NCBI GenBank assembly: GCA_016184305.1
Contig: JACPCX010000144.1
Span: forward strand, 1-24,835
Length of the DNA stretch: 24,835 nucleotides
From: Candidatus Rokuibacteriota bacterium
Lineage (GTDB): Bacteria; Methylomirabilota; Methylomirabilia; Rokubacteriales; CSP1-6
Direction: 5' to 3'
Shown here: positions 15,757 through 22,855 of the stretch, piece by piece
Layout: each line of letters opens with the position of its first letter
How positions within the stretch are numbered: the stretch's first letter is position 1
Made by a program: the position numbers and the translations under genes
Notes under the pieces: generated by a model
What the model saw: the letters and a program-made list of their open reading frames with translations, nothing else
What the model was told of the DNA's origin: nothing
Databases searched by the model: none

Positions 15757-16853
15757 GTGGCCCTGGCGGGGGCGGCTCCGGACGGGGGTGGGGTCCTGCT
15801 GATCCTGCCTCCGGAGCCGGACGGCCGTGGGATTCCGCCGAGCTTGCTCGTGGCCGGCCTGCCCCTCTTGCGCCGGATCGTCCTGGCGGCGAATCGTGCC
15901 GGATTCGGCGCCGTGCTGGTGGGCGGGCTGCGGTCCGAGGATCAGCCGCTTCTCGCTGGGACCTCGGCCACCCCGATCGGCGGCGCCGGCGCGCTCCCTT
16001 CGCCGCTGCCGCCGCGCATCGTCCTCCTGGCCGCCAACGTGGTTCCGCAGCCCGCGTGGCTGCGCGGCCTGCGCGAGAGGGCATTGGAGCCCGATCAGCT
16101 CTGCGTCGACGACGCTTGGGTCGCCGTGATCGAGACGACGGAGTCGGCGCGCGTCGTGGAAGCGGCGGCCCGAGCCCGCAGCGCGGGCGAAGCGATGGCC
16201 GCCCCGCCGAGAGCTGGCTGCTGCGCAGCCTGATCACGCCCAGCGAGGGATTCATGTCGCGCCACTTCGAGCGGCGGCTGTCGCTGGCCCTCACGCGCCG
16301 GCTCGTCAGGACGGCAATCACCCCGAATCTGATGACGCTCGTGAGCGTCGCCGTCGGTCTGGCCTCCGCGCCGTTCTTCCTGTCCTCGGCGCCAGGCTGG
16401 CAGCTCGCCGGGGCGCTCCTGTTCCTGGCCCACTCGATTCTCGACGGCTGCGACGGCGAGCTCGCCCGTCTGAAGTTCCTCGATTCGCCTCACGGGGCCA
16501 TCCTGGACTTCTGGGGGGATAACCTGGTGCATGTGGCCGTGTTCGCGGGCATGGCCCTTGGCTGGAGCCTGGACGCCCGCGCCTCCTGGCCCCTGGTATT
16601 CGGCGCCGTGGCAGTGGTGGGCACCGCGGGGGCGGCCGTCGCGGTATACCGGCGCGGCGCGCACACCCTTGTCCCTGTCGCGAGCGCTTCGCCCTCGTCG
16701 CGGGTGGTGGAGGCGCTCGCCCACCGCGACTTCATCTACCTGATCGTGCTCCTGGCGGCGGCGGGGAAGGCCGCCTGGTTCCTCGTCCTCGCCGCGATGG
16801 GGACCCCGATCTTCCTCATCCTGGTCCTGTGGAGCGGGCGGAGGCGAAGTTAA
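15757..16853 (+). pseudogene. Second CDP-alcohol phosphotransferase with NT-like N-domain, split by a frameshift/deletion near 16200
   Basis: The N-part from GTG 15757 (LLVAGLPLLRRIVLAANRAGF) stops at 16233. The C-part is in another frame (AESWLLRSLITPSEGFMSRHFERRLS, TPNLMT, LDGCDGELARLKFLDSPHGAILDFWGD) and ends at 16853. The architecture parallels 4704-5894. Confidence 0.8.
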
Positions 16854-16864
16854 TTGGACCGGCG

Positions 16865-18589
16865 CTAGAAGGCGTCGGGGGCGGTGGCGATCCGGTCCAG
16901 GTCGGCCCGCGTGTACGAGCCCAGGCTCCGGAAATCGAGTTCCGTGTAGCTCCTGATCCAGCGCATGGCGATCTTCGCGGCCTTGCGGTAGCGCTGCTCC
17001 GCCTCGGCGTAGGCCGCGCGCCCCTTGTCGTCCCTCACGGTGGCCTTCAGGCGCACGAGGATGTCCTCGGTCTCCTCCTGGAGGAGCCGCTTGACCAGCG
17101 GGACGTCGTGGACCTGCGCGCCGTCGGTGGTCCTTGCCCGGTGCCGGATCCGCTGGGCGATCTGCGCCACCGACATCCGGCCCGTCGCGAGGTCCTCCAT
17201 CAGCGCCGGATGGACGCCGGGCTTGCCCGCCAGGCTGTCGATCCCCTTGGCCCCGCGTCCGTTGACCCAGCCCTCCAGGTACTCGACGACCATGCGCGCG
17301 TTGCGGCGCGTCCCCTCCACCGTGACGGGCCCCTCGGGCACCTCGATCTTGACCGGGTAATTGTCGGGGTTGGCCATGTCGGCGGTCGGCTTCCAGCCCG
17401 AGGCGATCAGCTCCCTGAACGGGTCGCTCGCCGTCTTCATGTGGAAGATGTGCGCCACCCAGGCACGGATGAAGCCCTGGCGCGCCTCCCACTCCTTGTC
17501 CTTCCGGATGGCCTCCCCGGCCACGCGGTTGACCTCCGGATCGCTGCTCGGCAGCGCCGTGGCCATGCCGCCGATGGGCGCCGCACCACGCTTGAGGCAG
17601 ATGGCCACGAGGCGCCGGAAGATATTGGCGAGGAACGGGGTCGTCTTGATGTCCACACCGAACCGATCGGGCCACACGGACCTGGGGTCCGCCATGATGA
17701 ACTCGAAAATGCTCGCCTTGAGATCCCAGCGAGCCGCGTTGAGCCCCCCGGCGTAGGGACCGAGGGCGTGGAGCATCTCCTCCATCTGGTACACCGCCGG
17801 CAGGGACTCGACGAGCGGGACGGCGCTGATCACGGCGCGCTCGAGGAAGGGCAGACACTCGCGCGTGCGGTCGAACAGGTCGCGGTACCACGCGCACTCC
17901 TCGGCGGACTCGAGCTTCGGCAGATAGAAGTAGATCCCCTGCCCGCGGTTGGCCTGCGCCCGGCCCGCATAGTAGAAGGTGAGCGCGGTGCCCAGGATCG
18001 CCGCGGGGATGGGCTGGCCGTCCACGGTGAAGTCCGGCTCGTCCAGGTGGATGCCCCGCTCGCGGTGCATGAAGAAGGGCAGCTCGCCGTCGAGGATCCT
18101 GTACTCCTTGCCCTTCCCGGCGTCGAAGGCGCGGAGCTCGCGGTTGACGGCGGCGAGCCGGTTGTGCGCGGCGCGCGCCGTGTCCACGAGCCGGTGGCCC
18201 GCCGAGTCCTCGTCGTCGTCGAGATCGCCCACGGCCCGCTCCCCCTCGGGTCCGGGATTCAGCGCGTTGATGAACATGCTCGTGATGGAGCAGGGGCCCG
18301 AGATCTCGATGCCCGGCTTGCGCAGGTCCTCCGGCACCGGCGGCACCTTCCAGTCCCCGGTGTTGATGGCGGTCCTTGGCGGATGCGTGGGCAGGAGGCC
18401 CTGGTCAAGCGCGCGCCTGAGGACTGCGTGGCGCTTGGCGAGCAGCGCGCGGATCCGCGGCGTGAGCTCGTCGTGCAGCCGGACGACGTAGTCGAGGAAC
18501 TCGGGGGTGAACAGCTCCGCGGCGCCTTCCACGGGAGCCCACTGCGCGCGCCTCACTGCGGGACTCCCCGAACCAGTCGTTGCAGCCAT
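16865..18589 (-). CDS. aceB: Malate synthase (MSA-like, divergent; 574 aa)
   Basis: ATG 18589 with GAAAGG upstream. RERGIHLDE, YFYLPKLES, GLNAARWD, GGMATALP and LMEDLAT correspond to the conserved malate synthase motifs. Confidence 0.82.
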   Translation of the reverse strand: MAATTGSGSPAVRRAQWAPVEGAAELFTPEFLDYVVRLHDELTPRIRALLAKRHAVLRRALDQGLLPTHPPRTAINTGDWKVPPVPEDLRKPGIEISGPCSITSMFINALNPGPEGERAVGDLDDDEDSAGHRLVDTARAAHNRLAAVNRELRAFDAGKGKEYRILDGELPFFMHRERGIHLDEPDFTVDGQPIPAAILGTALTFYYAGRAQANRGQGIYFYLPKLESAEECAWYRDLFDRTRECLPFLERAVISAVPLVESLPAVYQMEEMLHALGPYAGGLNAARWDLKASIFEFIMADPRSVWPDRFGVDIKTTPFLANIFRRLVAICLKRGAAPIGGMATALPSSDPEVNRVAGEAIRKDKEWEARQGFIRAWVAHIFHMKTASDPFRELIASGWKPTADMANPDNYPVKIEVPEGPVTVEGTRRNARMVVEYLEGWVNGRGAKGIDSLAGKPGVHPALMEDLATGRMSVAQIAQRIRHRARTTDGAQVHDVPLVKRLLQEETEDILVRLKATVRDDKGRAAYAEAEQRYRKAAKIAMRWIRSYTELDFRSLGSYTRADLDRIATAPDAF

Positions 18590-18603
18590 CGCTGTGCCCT
18601 TTC

Positions 18604-19416
18604 TCAGGACGTCACGTCGGATGTGTGACTCGACACGATGCCGGTACGCCGGCGCGCGCGGCGGCGGCCCTGCCACAGCGCCCGCACGCCGAAGTAGGCG
18701 AAAGCATCCTTGAGGTCCGAGAAGAGCTTCGTCGCCCGGCCCATCTCCTGGCTCGTCACGTACTCGAGCGTCAGCACGACGCGCCGGTCGCCGGCCTGCG
18801 AGGGACTCACGCCGTGGTACACCTTGTCGCCGTTGAAGATGACCATGGAGCCGGGCGTCGTGGCGACGGCCAGGTCGCGCGGGGCGCGTCCCGGCTGGCG
18901 CGTGTGGAGCCGGCAGAGGAGACGGCTCGCGGAGTCCTGCACGAGGCCCACGAGGACCGTGTAGCGCGCCCCCTTGTAATAGGAGGTGTCGTAGTGGTAG
19001 CCCATGTGGTCCCCGGCCGCCGTGTAGAAGTACAGGGCGCAGGCGTGGGGATCGTCGTCCGGGCAGAGCGTGAGGTCGGCCCGGACCAGCCGGCCGAGGA
19101 AGCGCCGGAAGGCCTCGGACCGGTAGAAGGCCAGCAGCGCGGGCCCGCCATCGGCGATGGCGAAGTGACTCACGCTCCCCCCCTTCTTGTGGCGCGGGAT
19201 ATAGTTCCGGTTGAGCCCGGGCTCCAGGCGCTCGACGTCCTCCAGGAGAGGGGCCACGGTCTCTCGAGGCACGGCGTCCGGGATGAAGAGGAACTCGTCC
19301 TGCTCCCAGTACTGCCGCTCGAGCGCCTCGACGGGAAGCACGGCGAGCGCCCGCTCGATGGCGGCCACGACCGCGGCCGCGAGGGACGGTGGGGCGGAGG
19401 CGGCGTCAGAGGACAC
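18604..19416 (-). CDS. 2-oxoglutarate/Fe(II)-dependent oxygenase (270 aa)
   Basis: HxD...H triad (GYHYD; VYHGV) followed by the 2OG-binding Arg (RRVVL). SD GAGGTG upstream of GTG 19416. Confidence 0.85.
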   Translation of the reverse strand: MSSDAASAPPSLAAAVVAAIERALAVLPVEALERQYWEQDEFLFIPDAVPRETVAPLLEDVERLEPGLNRNYIPRHKKGGSVSHFAIADGGPALLAFYRSEAFRRFLGRLVRADLTLCPDDDPHACALYFYTAAGDHMGYHYDTSYYKGARYTVLVGLVQDSASRLLCRLHTRQPGRAPRDLAVATTPGSMVIFNGDKVYHGVSPSQAGDRRVVLTLEYVTSQEMGRATKLFSDLKDAFAYFGVRALWQGRRRARRRTGIVSSHTSDVTS

Positions 19417-19528
19417 GCGTCGTCACCTCGATCAGGTTCGAGGTGATGCGCCCGCTCTCCACCGACACGAGGAGAGAGCACTGGCCAGGGCGGTCGCGAG
19501 GGCAGACGGAGGGCTTCATGTCGCGCAT
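19406..19528 (-). pseudogene. 40-aa collapsed relic of a molybdopterin oxidoreductase gene
   Basis: The ORF reads MRDMKPSVCPRDRPGQCSLLVSVESGRITSNLIEVTTRVL*. The first part resembles the N-terminal Fe4S4 motif region SVCPHDCPxxCSLLVxVExGRI; SNLIEV resembles the usual extreme C-terminus. It overlaps the oxygenase start. Confidence 0.6.
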
Positions 19529-19537
19529 CAAGGCCCA

Positions 19538-19559
19538 AGCCTAGCACACGTTGTATAGT
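19538..19559. promoter_or_regulatory. Back-to-back candidate -10 elements of divergent, probably leaderless transcripts
   Basis: Minus strand TGcTAGGCT (19538-19546) lies 6-9 nt before the TTG/ATG of the relic ORF. Plus strand TATAGT (19554-19559) lies 6 nt before ATG 19566. Neither gene has an SD. Confidence 0.5.
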
Positions 19560-19565
19560 GCTGGG

Positions 19566-20834
19566 ATGCTGAGCGGGCTCCAGCGCCTCCATCCGTTCCA
19601 GACCGCGGACGCCCAGCGGCTCGCCCTCCTCTTCGGGATCGTCTACTTTTCCCAGGGGATGTGGTACCTGCCCAACCAGACGATCACCATCGTCTTCAAG
19701 GACCTGGGGTTCTCGGCCGGACAGGTGGCGACCTTCTTCACCATCAGCACGGTCCCGTGGCTGATCAAGCCCGTGTACGGGCTCCTCTCGGACTTCGTGC
19801 CGCTCTTCGGCCGCCGGCGGAAGAGCTACTTCCTCCTGATGTCGGCGCTGGCGGCCTCGGCGGGGCTCGCGCTGGGGCTCATGACGGAGCGGCCGTACTG
19901 GTGGCTGGCGGGGCTCTTCACGGTGATGGGCCTCGGGCTGGCCTTCACCGACGTGCTGACCGACGCGCTCATGGTGGAGAACGGCAAGCGGCTGGGGCTC
20001 ACCGGGGCCTTCCAGGCTGTGCAGTGGGCCTGTATCTACGGGGCCTCCATCCTGGTCGGCGTCATCGGCGGCCGGCTCGCGGAGATGCGGAACCTGCGCA
20101 GCGCCTTCCTCCTGGCGGGGTGCTTCCCGCTGGTCTCGTTCCTCATGGCCGCGCTCTTCATCAAGGAGGCGGCCACCCGTACCGACAGGGCGGCCTTTCG
20201 CGAGACGCTCCGCGCCATCCGCGAGGCCGTCGCGGAGCGCGAGATCTGGGTCGTCGCGGGGTTCATCCTCTTCTGGACCTTCAGTCCGTCCTTCGGGCCG
20301 GCGCTCGTCTACTACCAGACGGACACGCTCAAGTTCAGCCAGCAGTTCATCGGGGTCCTGGGCTCGCTGGGCTCGGCGGCCGCCGTCGTGGGTGCCCTGG
20401 TCTACGCGCCGCTCTCCCGGCGGATGCCGCTCAAGTGGCTGATCAACTACGCGATCGGCGCGGGTCTGGTCGGGACGCTGGCCTACCTCGTCTATCGTGA
20501 TGCCACCTCCGCCATCATCATCGATACCGTGTTCGGCTGCATCGGCATGATCACCCAGCTCGCCTTCCTCGACCTCGCCGCCAAGGCCTGCCCGCGCCGC
20601 GTGGAGGGCACGTTCTTCGCGTTGCTCATGTCGGTCTTCAATGGCGGCGCCCAGGGCTCGCAGGTCGTGGGCGGCTACCTCTACGACTGGCTCGGCTACA
20701 CGCCGCTGGTGCTCATCTCGGCGGCGATGACGCTCCTCGCCTTCCCCCTCGTCCCTCTGGTCAAGGTGGAGCGGATCGAGGCGCAGGCGCGCGCCGAGGC
20801 CGCGGCGAGCGCCGCGGGCCCGATCGAGACATGA
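19566..20834 (+). CDS. MFS transporter, BT1/folate-biopterin-like family (422 aa)
   Basis: PWLIKPVYGLLSDFVPLFGRRRKSY, FTDVLTDALMVE and ACPRRVEGTFFALLMS are BT1-family motifs; about 12 TM helices. Confidence 0.88.
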   Translation: MLSGLQRLHPFQTADAQRLALLFGIVYFSQGMWYLPNQTITIVFKDLGFSAGQVATFFTISTVPWLIKPVYGLLSDFVPLFGRRRKSYFLLMSALAASAGLALGLMTERPYWWLAGLFTVMGLGLAFTDVLTDALMVENGKRLGLTGAFQAVQWACIYGASILVGVIGGRLAEMRNLRSAFLLAGCFPLVSFLMAALFIKEAATRTDRAAFRETLRAIREAVAEREIWVVAGFILFWTFSPSFGPALVYYQTDTLKFSQQFIGVLGSLGSAAAVVGALVYAPLSRRMPLKWLINYAIGAGLVGTLAYLVYRDATSAIIIDTVFGCIGMITQLAFLDLAAKACPRRVEGTFFALLMSVFNGGAQGSQVVGGYLYDWLGYTPLVLISAAMTLLAFPLVPLVKVERIEAQARAEAAASAAGPIET

Positions 20835-20841
20835 GGGACTG

Positions 20842-20979
20842 ATGGCTCCGCCCCGCCAGGAGGGCCGGCGCCGCCTCTTCGCGTTCCATGCGCCCGAGGC
20901 CCGGCGGCTGGCGGCGCTCTTCGGGGTCGTCTCCGTCGCCCAGGGGATATGGTCGCTCCCCAACCAGACCATCACCATC
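20842..20979 (+). pseudogene. Truncated paralog of the upstream BT1-family MFS (first TM only)
   Basis: ARRLAALFGVVSVAQGIWSLPNQTITI versus AQRLALLFGIVYFSQGMWYLPNQTITI in 19566-20834. DNA cccaaccagaccatcaccatc versus cccaaccagacgatcaccatc. Similarity stops abruptly at 20979. Confidence 0.8.
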
Positions 20980-20996
20980 TGCCTCGTTGGCGCCCT

Positions 20997-21437
20997 TCAC
21001 GTGGTCTTCCGCTCCTTTCGCTCGAGATCCTGCTTCACCGCCTCGTAGCTCCGCCTCAGCCAGCGAATCGCCTTCCCCACATCCCGCGACGTCTCCACGT
21101 GGCACTCGACCCACCCGCGTGCCGCGAAGCGGCGGTGGGGTACGACGCCCGGCACCTGGAGCGCCCGCCGTTGATCCTCGGGCGTCAGCCGGATCCAGAG
21201 GTCAGTGTCCTTGGCGCGAAGGGGGAAGCAGGCGAAGAGCTGGGGCCCGACGAAGTAGCCCCAGCGTCCGAACATGGGCGTGATCTTCACGCGCGGCCAG
21301 GAGCCCAGCTGGGTGTTCAGCTCGCCGGCCGGCCCCGTCCCGCCGCGCTCGAGGGTCCGGCGTGTCTTGCGCCCCGGCCCGATTCCTCTCACGCGGCCGG
21401 GCTGGCTACGGCCAGACCTGGGCATAATGGTCGCCAT
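20997..21437 (-). CDS. Small TfoX-N/YjbR-like (luciferase-domain/DUF-type) protein (~146 aa)
   Basis: GGAGG upstream of ATG 21437. WPRVKITPMFGRWGYFVGPQLFA...GWV...AIRWLRRSYE resembles the TfoX-N/MmcQ-YjbR fold families. The start is uncertain. Confidence 0.6.
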   Translation of the reverse strand: MATIMPRSGRSQPGRVRGIGPGRKTRRTLERGGTGPAGELNTQLGSWPRVKITPMFGRWGYFVGPQLFACFPLRAKDTDLWIRLTPEDQRRALQVPGVVPHRRFAARGWVECHVETSRDVGKAIRWLRRSYEAVKQDLERKERKTT

Positions 21438-21468
21438 TGTCTTGCCGCCTCCCGCACGGGTTCGCTGC

Positions 21469-22725
21469 TCACCGCTTGCCCCCCGCCAGCCGCCGCGCCT
21501 CGGGGAGGGCGCGCAACCAGAGGATGCTCGCGAGCCCCAGGACGCCGCCGATGCCCAGTACCGAGAAGCCCCAGCCCCAACCCGCCACCGCGGTCCGGTC
21601 CTGGTAGAGGTCGAGCACCATGCCGAAGACGCTGGGCGCGATGGCGCCGGCGCCGAAGCCCAGGAGAGACCGGATGGCCAGCACCGAGCCGAGCCGCGCG
21701 GGCGGCACGGTCTCGGTGATCCCGGTGGAGTAGACGGGCGAATCGCCGAGCGCCGAGAAACCGTAGAGACATCCGGCCACGAGAACCAGCGCGAACGGAG
21801 CGCCAAGCAGCCAGCCGAAGCTGAACGAGCAGGCGCTGCTCACGATCATCATGCCGGCGATCACGGCCGTGCGCCCCCACCGGTCCGAGAGCCATCCGCC
21901 GGTGCTCGAGGCGGCGATGCCCATCACGTGGAAGAGCGCCGTGAGCCCGGCCCCGAGCCCGGCCGCCGGCGTGGGGGCCGTCCCGTGGGCCACGAGGACG
22001 GCCGTCATGAACGCCGGGGTCCAGGCCCACATGCCCAGGAGCTCCCACGAGTGGAAGACATAGCCGGCGATCATGAGCTGCGCCGCGCGGTTGCCCCCGA
22101 GCCCCGTGTCCCAGGTGAAGCGGCTGGAGGGAACGGCGCCGCGCTCCGGGCGCCCTCGGAACAGGACGAGGGACAGCAGCAGGCACCCGACGGGCCCCAG
22201 CGCCAGGACGAAGAGCGCCGCGCGCCAGCCGGCACGCGCGACGACGAGTCCGCCGATGGCCAGGGCCAGCACATACCCCACCGACGAGGAGGCGAGGAAC
22301 CAGCCGACAGCCCCGCCACGCCGGGCGGGCTCGAAGCGGGCCGCGATCAGCATCACGCCCGGAGTGTAGGTCCCCGCGATCGCGACGGCCGAGAGGAAAA
22401 AGAGCACCACGGCCGACGCATGACCATGGGCGAAAGTCGGGATGAGGAAGGACGTGACGGCGGCGAGGACAGCCGAGCCGAGGAACACCGCCCGCGGACC
22501 CAGGTAGTCCGCCAGGACGGACAGCACCACGAGGGACAGCGCCGTCCCGGCCTGGGTGGCCGAGTTGATGGTGCCCGCCGCCGTGAAGGAGAGCCCCCAC
22601 TCCTCCTGGACCGAGGCCAGCACCGCGGGGTAGGCCATGGACATGACCGAACTCCCGGCGCGGGCCATGCAGATGCCGGCGAGCCAGAGGGTGTGGCCGC
22701 GATGCCCGCCGCCGGTCCCCGTCAT
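21469..22725 (-). CDS. MFS transporter (418 aa)
   Basis: MFS motif A (LADYLGPR; GWLSDRWGRT), GTYTPG and HSWELLGMWAW; about 12 hydrophobic segments. Confidence 0.9.
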   Translation of the reverse strand: MTGTGGGHRGHTLWLAGICMARAGSSVMSMAYPAVLASVQEEWGLSFTAAGTINSATQAGTALSLVVLSVLADYLGPRAVFLGSAVLAAVTSFLIPTFAHGHASAVVLFFLSAVAIAGTYTPGVMLIAARFEPARRGGAVGWFLASSSVGYVLALAIGGLVVARAGWRAALFVLALGPVGCLLLSLVLFRGRPERGAVPSSRFTWDTGLGGNRAAQLMIAGYVFHSWELLGMWAWTPAFMTAVLVAHGTAPTPAAGLGAGLTALFHVMGIAASSTGGWLSDRWGRTAVIAGMMIVSSACSFSFGWLLGAPFALVLVAGCLYGFSALGDSPVYSTGITETVPPARLGSVLAIRSLLGFGAGAIAPSVFGMVLDLYQDRTAVAGWGWGFSVLGIGGVLGLASILWLRALPEARRLAGGKR

Positions 22726-22750
22726 GAGCGGGGGACGCGCCCGCCCCGCC

Positions 22751-22813
22751 TCAGCGCGCCGGATCCAGGTGGCCGAGGGCGACGATGCGGCCGTCCACTT
22801 CCCTGAGTCTCAT
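22751..22813 (-). other. 20-aa mini-ORF with SD (possible gene relic or small protein)
   Basis: CAGGAG 9 nt upstream of ATG; MRLREVDGRIVALGHLDPAR*; sits within the gap between mce and the MFS gene. Confidence 0.3.
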
Positions 22814-22855
22814 GACGGACAGCTCCTGCGTCGAGCGCCCGGAGCGTGGAAGGGC

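Noticed and set aside
13226..16321. 1031-aa minus-strand ORF
   Set aside because: Antisense shadow of the aminotransferase/dehydrogenase/CDP-AP genes; Arg/Pro/Gly-rich with no motifs, as expected in high-GC DNA.
3962..16853. Aminoglycoside antibiotic biosynthetic cluster
   Set aside because: No glycosyltransferases, DegT/StrS aminotransferase or resistance genes; CDP-APs, flippase, MMPL and Mla point to an envelope lipid.
16829..18628. 599-aa plus-strand and 600-aa alternative minus-frame ORFs over malate synthase
   Set aside because: Shadow frames of a gene with clear conserved motifs.
18604..19416. BesD-like halogenase
   Set aside because: The facial triad is HxD (HYD), not the HxG/A of halogenases, so a hydroxylase-type enzyme is more likely.
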